DNA from: an archaeon
Lineage (GTDB): Archaea > SpSt-1190
Reading direction: 5' to 3'
Length of the DNA stretch: 47,943 bases
NCBI GenBank assembly: GCA_011049195.1
Contig: DSCG01000004.1
Span: 1-47,943 of the forward strand
Each line of letters starts with the position of its first letter. The stretch's first letter is position 1. The position numbers and the translations under genes were made by a program. The notes beneath the pieces were generated by a model, which saw nothing but the letters and a program-made list of their open reading frames with translations, had not been told where the DNA came from and ran no database searches. This document shows, piece by piece, positions 34,749 through 42,530 of this stretch.

Positions 34749-34778
34749 GGGTTATAAACCCGGAAGGGTTTGGGAAAC

Positions 34779-35906
34779 ATGCTTGCAGAACGGAATTCTA
34801 CGCTGACCTACGCCATACGGGAAATTGCATCCAAGGCCGCCGAGGCAGAGGCCCGCGGAAAACAAGTGCTCAAACTCAATATAGGGGACCCGTTGAAATA
34901 TCCCGAGGACTTTCCTGTTCCGGAGGCTTTTGTGAATGGAATAAAAAACAATCTTCACAGAGGTTTCTATTCACCCAGTGAAGGAGTGCGGGAGCTACGC
35001 CAGGCCATAAGTGAATGGGAAACCCGAAAGGGGGCGGGTATTGACCCCAAACATGTGTTCGTGGCCAACGGGGTTTCAGAGGCCGTGTTCGGTCTGTTCG
35101 GGGTGATGCTCAATCCGGGGGATGAAGTGGTGATCCCTCGCCCGGTATATCCGATTTATGAGGCTTACGCCCGTTTCTTCGGGGCCAGGCCGGTCTTCTA
35201 TGACGCCCGTAACCCGGATGTTGAGGAAGTTCAAAAATTAGTGAACGCCCGGACCAAAGCCATCGTGGTTATCAACCCCAACAATCCTCTGGGGGTGGTC
35301 CACCCTGCGGGTTTTGTGAAGGGCCTGACTGAACTGGGCCCGTTGGTAATTTCCGACGAGATATACGACCTGATGACCTTCGGTGTGAAGCCTGTGAATG
35401 CAGGGAGGCTGGCGGACAGCAACCTGGTGGTACTGAATGGATTCTCCAAAGTTTTTCTGGCTCCGGGCTACCGCCTGGGCTACGCCTGTTTCAAAGATGC
35501 CGGAGAGCTAGAAGAGGGTTTCGTCAGATATCTCCGGTCGCGGTTGTGTTCCAACACTCCCATGCAGTATGGAGCTGTAGAAGCCATCCGGGAGGGGGGG
35601 AGCTGGATAAAAGAGACCAACCGAAAACTGGAAACCCGGCGGGACGCGGCCTACGAGGGCCTGCGGGGTTTGGGGCTGGAAGTCCCCAAGCCGGAGGGGG
35701 CTTTTTACATTTTCCCGGGGATTGGCGGGGACGACCTGGAATTCGCCCTCGGCCTGATAGAGGAGGAAGGGGTAGCCGTGGTCCACGGCTCCGGCTTCGC
35801 CGACCCCGGCCACTTCAGGATGGTCTTTTTGCCTCCTGAAGAGCAGATAAGAGAAGCTGTAGAACGGATTGGGCGGTTTCTGGAGAGGCATCCCGAACAC
35901 AGATAG
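34779..35906 (+). CDS. Class I/II pyridoxal-phosphate aminotransferase (aspartate/alanine type)
   Basis: LNIGDP, NPNNPLG, FSKVFLAPGYRLGY (PLP lysine) and an R near the C-terminus. The ATG at 34779 is preferred over the TTG at 34770. Confidence 0.85.
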   Translation: MLAERNSTLTYAIREIASKAAEAEARGKQVLKLNIGDPLKYPEDFPVPEAFVNGIKNNLHRGFYSPSEGVRELRQAISEWETRKGAGIDPKHVFVANGVSEAVFGLFGVMLNPGDEVVIPRPVYPIYEAYARFFGARPVFYDARNPDVEEVQKLVNARTKAIVVINPNNPLGVVHPAGFVKGLTELGPLVISDEIYDLMTFGVKPVNAGRLADSNLVVLNGFSKVFLAPGYRLGYACFKDAGELEEGFVRYLRSRLCSNTPMQYGAVEAIREGGSWIKETNRKLETRRDAAYEGLRGLGLEVPKPEGAFYIFPGIGGDDLEFALGLIEEEGVAVVHGSGFADPGHFRMVFLPPEEQIREAVERIGRFLERHPEHR

Positions 35907-35944
35907 GTGAAGCTTTTAAGGGGCGGGGCGTACGGTTAATCCAG

Positions 35945-36859
35945 ATGGGAAGCTGGACAAACCGGGATGTAATATCCCTTCGGGATTTTTCAAAATCAGA
36001 CCTCCTTCATTTGTTTGAGAAAACAAAGGAGGTCAAAGAAGGTAGGTATGGACAGCTTGACAAAACAGTGGCCCTCTTGTTTTTTGAGCCTTCCACCCGG
36101 ACTTATGGGTCTTTTGATAGTGCAGCCAAGCGTATGGGTTGTAAAGTCATAGGCATTCAGGACCCCGATACCGCCTCCCTGAAAAAGGGGGAGAGCACAT
36201 ATGACACCGTCAGAATGTTTGTGGGCTATGGGGCGGATGCCCTGGTCATCAGACACCCGCGGGCGGGAGCCCCCAAATATGTGGCTGAAGCTTTTGATGT
36301 GCCCGTGATTAACGGCGGGGACGACGGCCACGAACACCCCACCCAGGCCATGCTGGACCTTTTCACCATTTGGGAAAAGTTCGGGGGGTTTGAGGGCCTG
36401 AAAGTGGGCATTATGGGAGACCTCAGGTACGGCCGGACGGCATCCTCTCTGGCCTACGGCCTAGCCAAGTGGGGGGTCCGGATGAGGTTCATCGCTCCGG
36501 ACCTGTTACAAATTCACTGGAGAAACGACAGGCTGGAGGAGCAGTTACGGGAGATGGGGGCGGATTTTGAAAAAACGGACCAGGTGAAACTGGATGACCT
36601 GGATGTGCTTTATGTGACCCGCATACAAAAAGAGCGGTTTGTGGATGAAACGGAATATAAAAAAGTGAAAGGCTCCTTTCATCTGGGACAGAACAGTTTG
36701 AAGGGTGTAAAAAACAAAATGATAATTCTGCACCCTCTGCCCCGGGTGGATGAACTATCGCCGGATATTGACAGGATGGACCATGCCTGGTATTTCAGGC
36801 AGGCCGAGAACGGGCTTTATGTCAGAATGGCCCTGCTGGAGCTGATACTTGGTGATTGA
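35945..36859 (+). CDS. pyrB: Aspartate carbamoyltransferase catalytic subunit
   Basis: FFEPSTRTYGSF, HPTQA and HPLPRVDEL motifs. Confidence 0.95.
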   Translation: MGSWTNRDVISLRDFSKSDLLHLFEKTKEVKEGRYGQLDKTVALLFFEPSTRTYGSFDSAAKRMGCKVIGIQDPDTASLKKGESTYDTVRMFVGYGADALVIRHPRAGAPKYVAEAFDVPVINGGDDGHEHPTQAMLDLFTIWEKFGGFEGLKVGIMGDLRYGRTASSLAYGLAKWGVRMRFIAPDLLQIHWRNDRLEEQLREMGADFEKTDQVKLDDLDVLYVTRIQKERFVDETEYKKVKGSFHLGQNSLKGVKNKMIILHPLPRVDELSPDIDRMDHAWYFRQAENGLYVRMALLELILGD

Positions 36860-37336
36860 ATGGGAGACTTATTGGTAAACCGACTGAAGAACGGCATAGT
36901 GATTGACCATGTGGTTTCAGGAAAAGGTATTCACATAATCACTCTGCTGGCGGAAAAAACTGCAGGCCATCGGGTAATTCTGCTTCAGCATGCAGAAAGC
37001 CGGAAGATGGGGACCAAGGACCTTATCAAACTTGAAGATGTTAAACTGGAAGACACAGACCTGCAGTTCATCTCCCTCTTCGCCCCGAATGCAACTGTAA
37101 ATTTTATTGAAAATGAGGAAGTGGTCCGCAAACACTCGGTCAAAGCTCCGGAGATGGTAAGTGGTCTGATAAGATGTCCCAACGCGAGGTGCATCACCAA
37201 CGACCCCGGCGAGGCGGAGTTTCTGGTGAGCCGGCTAAAACGCGTCAAAACCGGCTATATTTGTGATTACTGCGAGCAGGTCTGGACAACGAAAACCTAT
37301 CCGGATGGCTGGTCCGCAAATAAAGTCGGTGTTTGA
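36860..37336 (+). CDS. pyrI: Aspartate carbamoyltransferase regulatory subunit
   Basis: Directly follows pyrB. Zinc domain CPNARCITN ... CDYCEQ. Confidence 0.92.
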   Translation: MGDLLVNRLKNGIVIDHVVSGKGIHIITLLAEKTAGHRVILLQHAESRKMGTKDLIKLEDVKLEDTDLQFISLFAPNATVNFIENEEVVRKHSVKAPEMVSGLIRCPNARCITNDPGEAEFLVSRLKRVKTGYICDYCEQVWTTKTYPDGWSANKVGV

Positions 37337-37350
37337 AGACGGGGGAATAA

Positions 37351-37359
37351 ATATTTAAA
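37351..37359 (+). promoter_or_regulatory. TATA-like box for ORF 37376
   Basis: ATATTTAAA is centred about 21 nt upstream of the ATG at 37376. Confidence 0.4.
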
Positions 37360-37375
37360 CCACTACAGGGTAGTA

Positions 37376-38212
37376 ATGGGTATGGCATCTAACGCAGGCA
37401 TGGCATCTAACGCAACCATGCGACCCGTAAAGGGGGGCTGGGAGATTTATTTAGATACGGGCTTGAGCTTCAGTTTGAATGGAAAGGGGTTCAACTCCAT
37501 AGGAGAAGGGAAACATCCTGTTTTTGAGGTGGCAGAGGCATTCCAATACAAAAAGGGGGTGGAGGGAGCCGAGATGCCTGAAGGTTGGGAGTTCCGCTGG
37601 AACAAACTGGTTCCAACCAACCCTGAAAAAGAGGTGCCTGCCAACGCCGCAGTCAGATATGCTGGGATGGACCGCTATCAATTTCAAAAAAGGACTTTCA
37701 TTAACAAAGAGACCCCTAAAAATTTGGGTGAAATAGGGGAGGAACCCAAGAAGGAGTTGATAAAAACTCTCAATTCTTATGTTGATGCCAGAGCCACTGG
37801 AAAATCTTTCAAGAAAGCCTTTGAAAATAAAGAGACCAGTTATGTCAAATTGGCCCAAAAAATGGAAGGTATACTGGTTAAGTTCGGGGACCAGATTGTT
37901 GATGTTCTGCCTCTTGAGTCTCTGGTTAAGTATTCGGATGTTAAAGGTTTGAAAGGTACCTTTGAAAAGAAAGACCTTGAAAAAATTCACAAAGAGCATT
38001 ATGCAGAAGAAGCAAGTAAACAAGGGGGTATAGTCACCTACGTTTTCCCCCAGTTGGTTCAACTGAACGGAAAAATCCAATTACTGTCAGTAGATGAGCG
38101 GAAGTTCAGGAAAATTTATGGGGAAAAGGCTACCGAACTCCTGGATTACACGGCGGGTGGTGGAACGCTTTCTCACAACATCACCCTGGACACCAACGGC
38201 TCCATACGCTGA
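37376..38212 (+). CDS. Hypothetical protein (A/T-richer ORFan)
   Basis: 278-aa Lys/Glu-rich ORF with no motif recognised. The N-terminus carries an in-frame duplication (MASNAG MASNAT). Confidence 0.5.
   Translation: MGMASNAGMASNATMRPVKGGWEIYLDTGLSFSLNGKGFNSIGEGKHPVFEVAEAFQYKKGVEGAEMPEGWEFRWNKLVPTNPEKEVPANAAVRYAGMDRYQFQKRTFINKETPKNLGEIGEEPKKELIKTLNSYVDARATGKSFKKAFENKETSYVKLAQKMEGILVKFGDQIVDVLPLESLVKYSDVKGLKGTFEKKDLEKIHKEHYAEEASKQGGIVTYVFPQLVQLNGKIQLLSVDERKFRKIYGEKATELLDYTAGGGTLSHNITLDTNGSIR
37382..37414 (+). repeat. 18-bp in-frame tandem duplication at the 5' end of ORF 37376
   Basis: ATGGCATCTAACGCA occurs at 37382-37396 and again at 37400-37414. Confidence 0.9.
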
Positions 38213-38241
38213 AGTTTTAAAGTCACAGTCGGAAACCAAAG

Positions 38242-38856
38242 GTGCTTGAGTCGCGGATAAAGCAATTGTTGGAGAATAAAGAGCTGGTTCCGCAGATTGA
38301 AGCCCGCATGGCCGAGTTCTCCCGCGGGAGGGACTGGCAGGAGCTTTTCAGTGAATTATGTTTCTGCATCCTGACGGCCAATTACACGGCTGAAGGGGGT
38401 ATGCGGATACAGCAGAAGCTGGGGTTTAATGGTTTTTACAAAGGGGGCTACGATGAGCTGGCACAAAAGTTAGCGGCCAACGGCCACAGGTTCCCGAATG
38501 CCCGGGCGGACTACATTATTGACGCCCGGAAAGTGGCCAAGGACCTACCGAGAGTTTATGATTTCAAAGGCAAGGACGCAAGAATATGGTTACAGGGGGT
38601 CAAGGGTCTGGGTATGAAGGAGGCCAGCCACTTCCTGAGAAACATAGGCTTTACAGATGTTGCCATATTGGACAGGCACATTCTGGGCCTGCTGGCGGAG
38701 CACGACCTCATTCTGAAGATGCCCAAAAATATGAGCAGACCGCAGTATCTAGAAACCGAGAAGGTGATGGAGGGCCTGTCAGACAGGACGGGACTGGACC
38801 TAGCCCGATTGGATCTGTATATGTGGTATCTGAAAACTGGCAAGCTACTTAAATGA
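38242..38856 (+). CDS. ogg: 8-oxoguanine DNA glycosylase / AP lyase, archaeal Ogg2 type
   Basis: ELCFCILTANYTAEGGMRIQ, GLGMKEASHFLRNIGFTDVAILDRHIL (HhH-GPD with Lys and Asp) and LDLYMWYLKTGKLLK closely parallel M. jannaschii Ogg. GTG start. Confidence 0.88.
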   Translation: MLESRIKQLLENKELVPQIEARMAEFSRGRDWQELFSELCFCILTANYTAEGGMRIQQKLGFNGFYKGGYDELAQKLAANGHRFPNARADYIIDARKVAKDLPRVYDFKGKDARIWLQGVKGLGMKEASHFLRNIGFTDVAILDRHILGLLAEHDLILKMPKNMSRPQYLETEKVMEGLSDRTGLDLARLDLYMWYLKTGKLLK

Positions 38857-39458
38857 AGTTTGGTGGAATTGACATGGTCAATGACAAGCCAACGCTCAAC
38901 TTCTTTTTTGAGATGGCCATGCTCAAAAGAATTAAACATGAAGGTTGGAGAGTTGTGGGGGTTGAAACCCCGGACAGTGTTGCAGAACACGCCCTGCGCG
39001 CCGCTCAGATAGCTTATTTTCTGGCTTGCGAGGAGGGGCACCCGGAACCGGAAAAGGCCAGTCTGATGCTGGTCTTCCACGATATGGCCGAGGCCAGAGT
39101 GGGGGATATGCATAAGATTGCCAAACGGTATGTCATGGCTGATGAACTGGCCGCTGTGCGGGACCAGACCGACCCGTTGGGGGAACCCGGACGGCGAATC
39201 CGCAAGTTGTGGGAGGAGTTTGAGGCCCGGGAGACTTCTCTGGCCAAAATAGCCAAGGACGCCGATTTGCTGGAACAGGCCCTGGCCGCCAAGGAATATA
39301 TGGAAAGAGGCTACAAATTCGCAGATGATTTTATCAACAATATCAAGAAGATACTTAACACCAAGACTGCCCTGCGGTGGATGAAGCAAATCACCAGGAT
39401 GAACTCCAACGACTGGTGGCAGGGGCTCAAGAAACTGGAACCCCAAAAAAGAAAGTGA
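38853..39458 (+). CDS. HD-domain phosphohydrolase (YfbR-like 5'-deoxynucleotidase family)
   Basis: SVAEHALRAAQIAYFLA and VFHDMAEARVGD (H...HD...D metal ligands). ATGA overlap with ogg. Confidence 0.75.
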   Translation: MKFGGIDMVNDKPTLNFFFEMAMLKRIKHEGWRVVGVETPDSVAEHALRAAQIAYFLACEEGHPEPEKASLMLVFHDMAEARVGDMHKIAKRYVMADELAAVRDQTDPLGEPGRRIRKLWEEFEARETSLAKIAKDADLLEQALAAKEYMERGYKFADDFINNIKKILNTKTALRWMKQITRMNSNDWWQGLKKLEPQKRK

Positions 39459-39703
39459 AATTGCATTCACTTTGTTTTGTGTTTGTGGCCAGAGAATTTG
39501 ATGGCATCCCAAATGAAACCGAAGAGGCCAGACCTTTCTGGGTTCATAAGGACGCGGTGCCGTTGGACAGGATGTGGCCTGATGATGAGTTCTGGCTCCA
39601 TCATGTGCTGAATGGCAAGAAGATATACGGACGGTTTGATTTCAGGGAGTGGAAGCTGGTAAAACACAAGGTCCGGCTGTTGGAGGACCTTGACGGGGTT
39701 TAA
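39455..39703 (+). pseudogene. MTH1-like Nudix hydrolase, C-terminal half only (Nudix box absent)
   Basis: LHSLCFVFVAREFDGIPNETEEARPFWVHKDAVPLDRMWPDDEFWLHHVLNGKKIYGRFDF aligns with the human MTH1 C-terminal half (VESDEMRPCWF...[29 protein letters not shown]). Similarity begins exactly at the HD stop. The only plausible start is the GTG at 39455, overlapping that stop (GTGA). No GX5EX7REUXEEXGU box occurs upstream in any frame that I could see. Confidence 0.6.
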
Positions 39704-41442
39704 GCCTCGTAAAACTGGTTTTTGGCCCGGAGCTCCTTGTCTTTATTGGAGTCCTGCTTGTTGATGCGGGGCCGGCGACTCTCAGGATCGCGACGGAGGG
39801 TGATGTCCACCTCCTTCAGGAATAGGTTCATGGCTTTGGAGGAGGGCAGAGGTGAGGATGCATGACCTTCTTTGCCGGGCTGACCTGTGAACACCATGAT
39901 ACGGTCACTGAGGTAGTCCATAAGCATGAGGTCGTGCTCCACTACCAGAGCAACCTTCTCGCGGGCCTGGGTGAGGCGACGGATGAGCTTGGCCGTATTC
40001 ACTCTTTGTTCACTGTCCAAATAGGCCGACGGCTCATCCAACAGATAGAGGTCGGCCTCCTGGGCCAGACACAAACCGATGGCCACCCGTTGTAGCTCGC
40101 CCCCGCTGAGGGCTGAGGCCGAGCGGGTAAGCAGGTGTGAAAGACTCAGGGGGGTGTATATGTCGCGGTTGAGGTTAATGGCAGGGTCCACCGGGATAGA
40201 CTTGAAGAGCACAGCCACAGGAGCCCCTGACGGTTCCACGTATTGAGGTTTGTAGCTGACTTTCAGGTTGGCGGTGGCTCCGTCAAACTGGCCGGTGGTT
40301 GGTTTGAGCTGGCCTGCCAGCACTTTGACCAGAGTGGTCTTGCCCAGAGCGTTACGACCCAGAATACCCACCACTTCACTTTGCTTCAGGTCGCCGGCGG
40401 GGGAATGGAGGACGAAATCCCCCAAATCCACTGTGAAGTCCGGGAAGCTGACTATGCTCCGGGAACCGGTCTCGCTGGAAGGTTTTGACAGGAATTTCAG
40501 GGGGCTGTCCCGCACCCTCATATTCTCAGCCTTTAGGAAGCCGTCCAGAAATTCGTTGATGCCGACCCGGGTGTTTTTTCTGAGGGAGACCACGCCAAAA
40601 ACCCCCGGCCGGCCGTAGAGCACATTCACTGTTTCGGCCAAATAGTCCAGCATGATGAGGTCGTGTTCAATCACGAAGACCCGCGGGGCGTATTTGTGAA
40701 TGATGTCGGCAACGCGGATGCGTTCATAAACATCCAGGAAGGAGCCGGGTTCGTCAATGATGACCAGGTCGGCCTTCCGCAGGAGGGCGGCGGCGATTGC
40801 CACCTTCTGCAGTTCGCCCCCGCTCAAGTCCTTGAGTGAACGGGAAAGGATGTGGGAGATGCCCAGGTCATGGGCCACCTCGTCGGCCTTACCCCGCTCA
40901 TCAACCTTGGCCAGCATGTCCCTGACGGTGCCGGTGAAAAGCTTGGGAATGACAGTGACCTCCTGAGGCTTAAAGGCCACCCGGAGTTTGCCGTCGTAGA
41001 GGTCCTTGAAGTGGGTGCCCAGCTCGGTACCGGCATAGACCTCAAGGACTTTTTTGCGGGCCCCCTCGGGAGTATCCGCCCCAAAGTTGGGGACGAGCTG
41101 GCCGGCAAAGATGCGGGCCAGAGTGGATTTGCCCGTGCCGTTGGGACCGAGGAGCCCAACCGACCCTGAAGGGGAGGGAAGGCCGAAGAGAGAGAAACCG
41201 TTGTGACCGTAGCGGTGGGTCATGGCCCCCGTCTCTTCAGGCAGGTTGACCACGCTGATGGCTCCGAAGGGACACTTATGGACGCAAATGCCGCAGCCGA
41301 TGCAGAGGTCCTCCTGGATGGAGGCCTTCTCCCCGATGGTGATGATGGTCTGGCCACCGCGGGCCACCGGGCAGAACTTGAGGCACTCCGAGGCACATTT
41401 TTTGGGAACGCACTTGCTCTTGTCAATCACCACTATTCTCAT
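39700..41442 (-). CDS. abce1: ABCE1 (RNase L inhibitor) ribosome-recycling ATPase
   Basis: N-terminal 4Fe-4S motifs CVPKKCASECLKFCP and CIGCGICVHKCP. Two ABC modules (GPNGTGKST with LSGGELQ, and GRNALGKTT with LSGGELQ). Start placed at MRIVVIDKSKC (41442). Confidence 0.93.
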   Translation of the reverse strand: MRIVVIDKSKCVPKKCASECLKFCPVARGGQTIITIGEKASIQEDLCIGCGICVHKCPFGAISVVNLPEETGAMTHRYGHNGFSLFGLPSPSGSVGLLGPNGTGKSTLARIFAGQLVPNFGADTPEGARKKVLEVYAGTELGTHFKDLYDGKLRVAFKPQEVTVIPKLFTGTVRDMLAKVDERGKADEVAHDLGISHILSRSLKDLSGGELQKVAIAAALLRKADLVIIDEPGSFLDVYERIRVADIIHKYAPRVFVIEHDLIMLDYLAETVNVLYGRPGVFGVVSLRKNTRVGINEFLDGFLKAENMRVRDSPLKFLSKPSSETGSRSIVSFPDFTVDLGDFVLHSPAGDLKQSEVVGILGRNALGKTTLVKVLAGQLKPTTGQFDGATANLKVSYKPQYVEPSGAPVAVLFKSIPVDPAINLNRDIYTPLSLSHLLTRSASALSGGELQRVAIGLCLAQEADLYLLDEPSAYLDSEQRVNTAKLIRRLTQAREKVALVVEHDLMLMDYLSDRIMVFTGQPGKEGHASSPLPSSKAMNLFLKEVDITLRRDPESRRPRINKQDSNKDKELRAKNQFYEA

Positions 41443-41462
41443 GGAAAGGGATGGCTTTTCTG

Positions 41463-41471
41463 GTTTAAAAC
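41463..41471 (-). promoter_or_regulatory. TATA-like box for ABCE1 (leaderless spacing)
   Basis: Minus-strand GTTTTAAAC is centred about 25 nt upstream of the ATG at 41442. Confidence 0.45.
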
Positions 41472-41482
41472 AGCTGAGGGTC

Positions 41483-41505
41483 AAGCCGACCTCGCGGGTC
41501 GGCTT
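41483..41505. other. Perfect 9-bp-stem hairpin
   Basis: AAGCCGACC-tcgcg-GGTCGGCTT. Confidence 0.9.
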
Positions 41506-41528
41506 CGGGGGGTCAAGGGGGGCGACTC

Positions 41529-41587
41529 GTCCCGAGTGCGAAGCACGAGGCTAGCTTGAGGGCCAGTCCCGAGTGCGAAGCACGAGG
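41529..41587. repeat. Two identical 22-nt direct repeats, 37-bp period
   Basis: GTCCCGAGTGCGAAGCACGAGG occurs at 41529-41550 and 41566-41587. Each can fold as a GTGC-gaa-GCAC hairpin flanked by tandem G-A/A-G positions and C-G pairs. Both are followed by CTTGAG. The flanking GGGGGC (41517-41522) and GCCCCC (41592-41597) could close a larger structure. Confidence 0.9.
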
Positions 41588-41606
41588 GATAAGCCCCCTT
41601 GAGAGG

Positions 41607-41614
41607 TTAAATAT
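41607..41614 (+). promoter_or_regulatory. TATA-like box for the CYTH gene
   Basis: TTAAATAT lies about 16 nt upstream of the ATG at 41626. Confidence 0.35.
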
Positions 41615-41625
41615 GCCCCCGGCCT

Positions 41626-42459
41626 ATGTCTGGGGTGGCCCTCACCGAATGTGAAATTTACTTCAAAATCTCCGACTTCGGCAGGTTCCAGGAAAAACTG
41701 CAAAAGCTGGGCGGGGTGCTGAAGGGGCCCTATAAGGCTACGGATTTTTACTATCAGCCTGTCCGGGATTTCTGGAACCCCGAGGCCCGCACCATCCGCA
41801 TCCGGGAATGGGAAAAACCTCCCCTCCCGGCCACCATCTACATCACCCGCAACAAGGTGGTGGAATTCGGGAAACGCAAATACTGGGAGTTGACGCCACC
41901 TTACAGCAGGCTCAAACTTTTTGAGGGGGAATTGGAAACGGGAAAGGAGGTGCTCAAGGACCTGGGCTTTGAACCCTGGATAGTTGTGGAAATTCTGGAC
42001 GGTCGCCTGTGGCATTTTCCCCAAGAGGGCTGGCAGTTTTATCTGGCTCTGGAAAAATACCGCACCCTGGGCTGGGTGAGTCGTATGGGCTTCGTGGGAA
42101 CCTCCCCCAAAGGTGCCATCTCCAACATGAAAGAGGCTCTGAAAAAATTGAAAATACCTTCAGGTAATGCTCATATCAAAAGCCTGCCCGTGCTCATGGC
42201 CGAGAAGCAGGGGGGCATGAAACGGGCCAGTGAGAAAGTGGTGCTTCAGGCCAAAAAGGACCGGGCCACCGTTAATGCCAAAGTAAAGGCGGAGTTTGAA
42301 GTCCGGCTCAAAAGGTTCAAGAAGAAAGTGGAGAAGGAGTGGTTGAAACAGGAAAAGGAGCACCAGAAAGAGGAGAAGGCCCGCAAGAAAGCCCAAAGCA
42401 AACCCGCCAGAAAAGGCGGACGGACGCCTGCGAAGAAACCCAAACGGAAAAAGAAGTAG
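41626..42459 (+). CDS. CYTH-like (CyaB/triphosphate tunnel) domain protein with a Lys-rich C-terminal tail
   Basis: N-terminal ECEIYFKI, TDFYYQP, TIRIRE, VLKDLGFEP and LGW blocks follow the CYTH order. The last roughly 90 residues are highly basic (KRFKKKVEKEWLKQEKEHQKEEKARKKAQSKPARKGGRTPAKKPKRKKK). Confidence 0.5.
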   Translation: MSGVALTECEIYFKISDFGRFQEKLQKLGGVLKGPYKATDFYYQPVRDFWNPEARTIRIREWEKPPLPATIYITRNKVVEFGKRKYWELTPPYSRLKLFEGELETGKEVLKDLGFEPWIVVEILDGRLWHFPQEGWQFYLALEKYRTLGWVSRMGFVGTSPKGAISNMKEALKKLKIPSGNAHIKSLPVLMAEKQGGMKRASEKVVLQAKKDRATVNAKVKAEFEVRLKRFKKKVEKEWLKQEKEHQKEEKARKKAQSKPARKGGRTPAKKPKRKKK

Positions 42460-42503
42460 GGGGAACCGGAGAGCCGGCCCCTGATGGAGTTGGCGACATA
42501 AAC

Positions 42504-42512
42504 CATTTAAAG
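42504..42512 (+). promoter_or_regulatory. TATA-like box for ORF 42531 (leaderless spacing)
   Basis: CATTTAAAG is centred about 23 nt upstream of the ATG at 42531. Confidence 0.4.
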
Positions 42513-42530
42513 TGTGGGGCCAGAGCCCGT

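Noticed and set aside
39377-39454. The upstream 26 codons of the 108-aa track ORF containing the Nudix fragment
   Set aside because: They overlap the HD gene's 3' end out of frame and show no Nudix-box similarity. Homology to MTH1 starts only at the HD stop.
38556-39512. A 318-aa minus-strand ORF
   Set aside because: It is antisense to the well-supported ogg and HD genes, so it is a shadow ORF.
42339-42530. An N-terminal extension of ORF 42531 (track start 42339)
   Set aside because: It overlaps the Lys-rich tail of the CYTH gene in another frame. A TATA-like box at leaderless distance supports the internal ATG at 42531.
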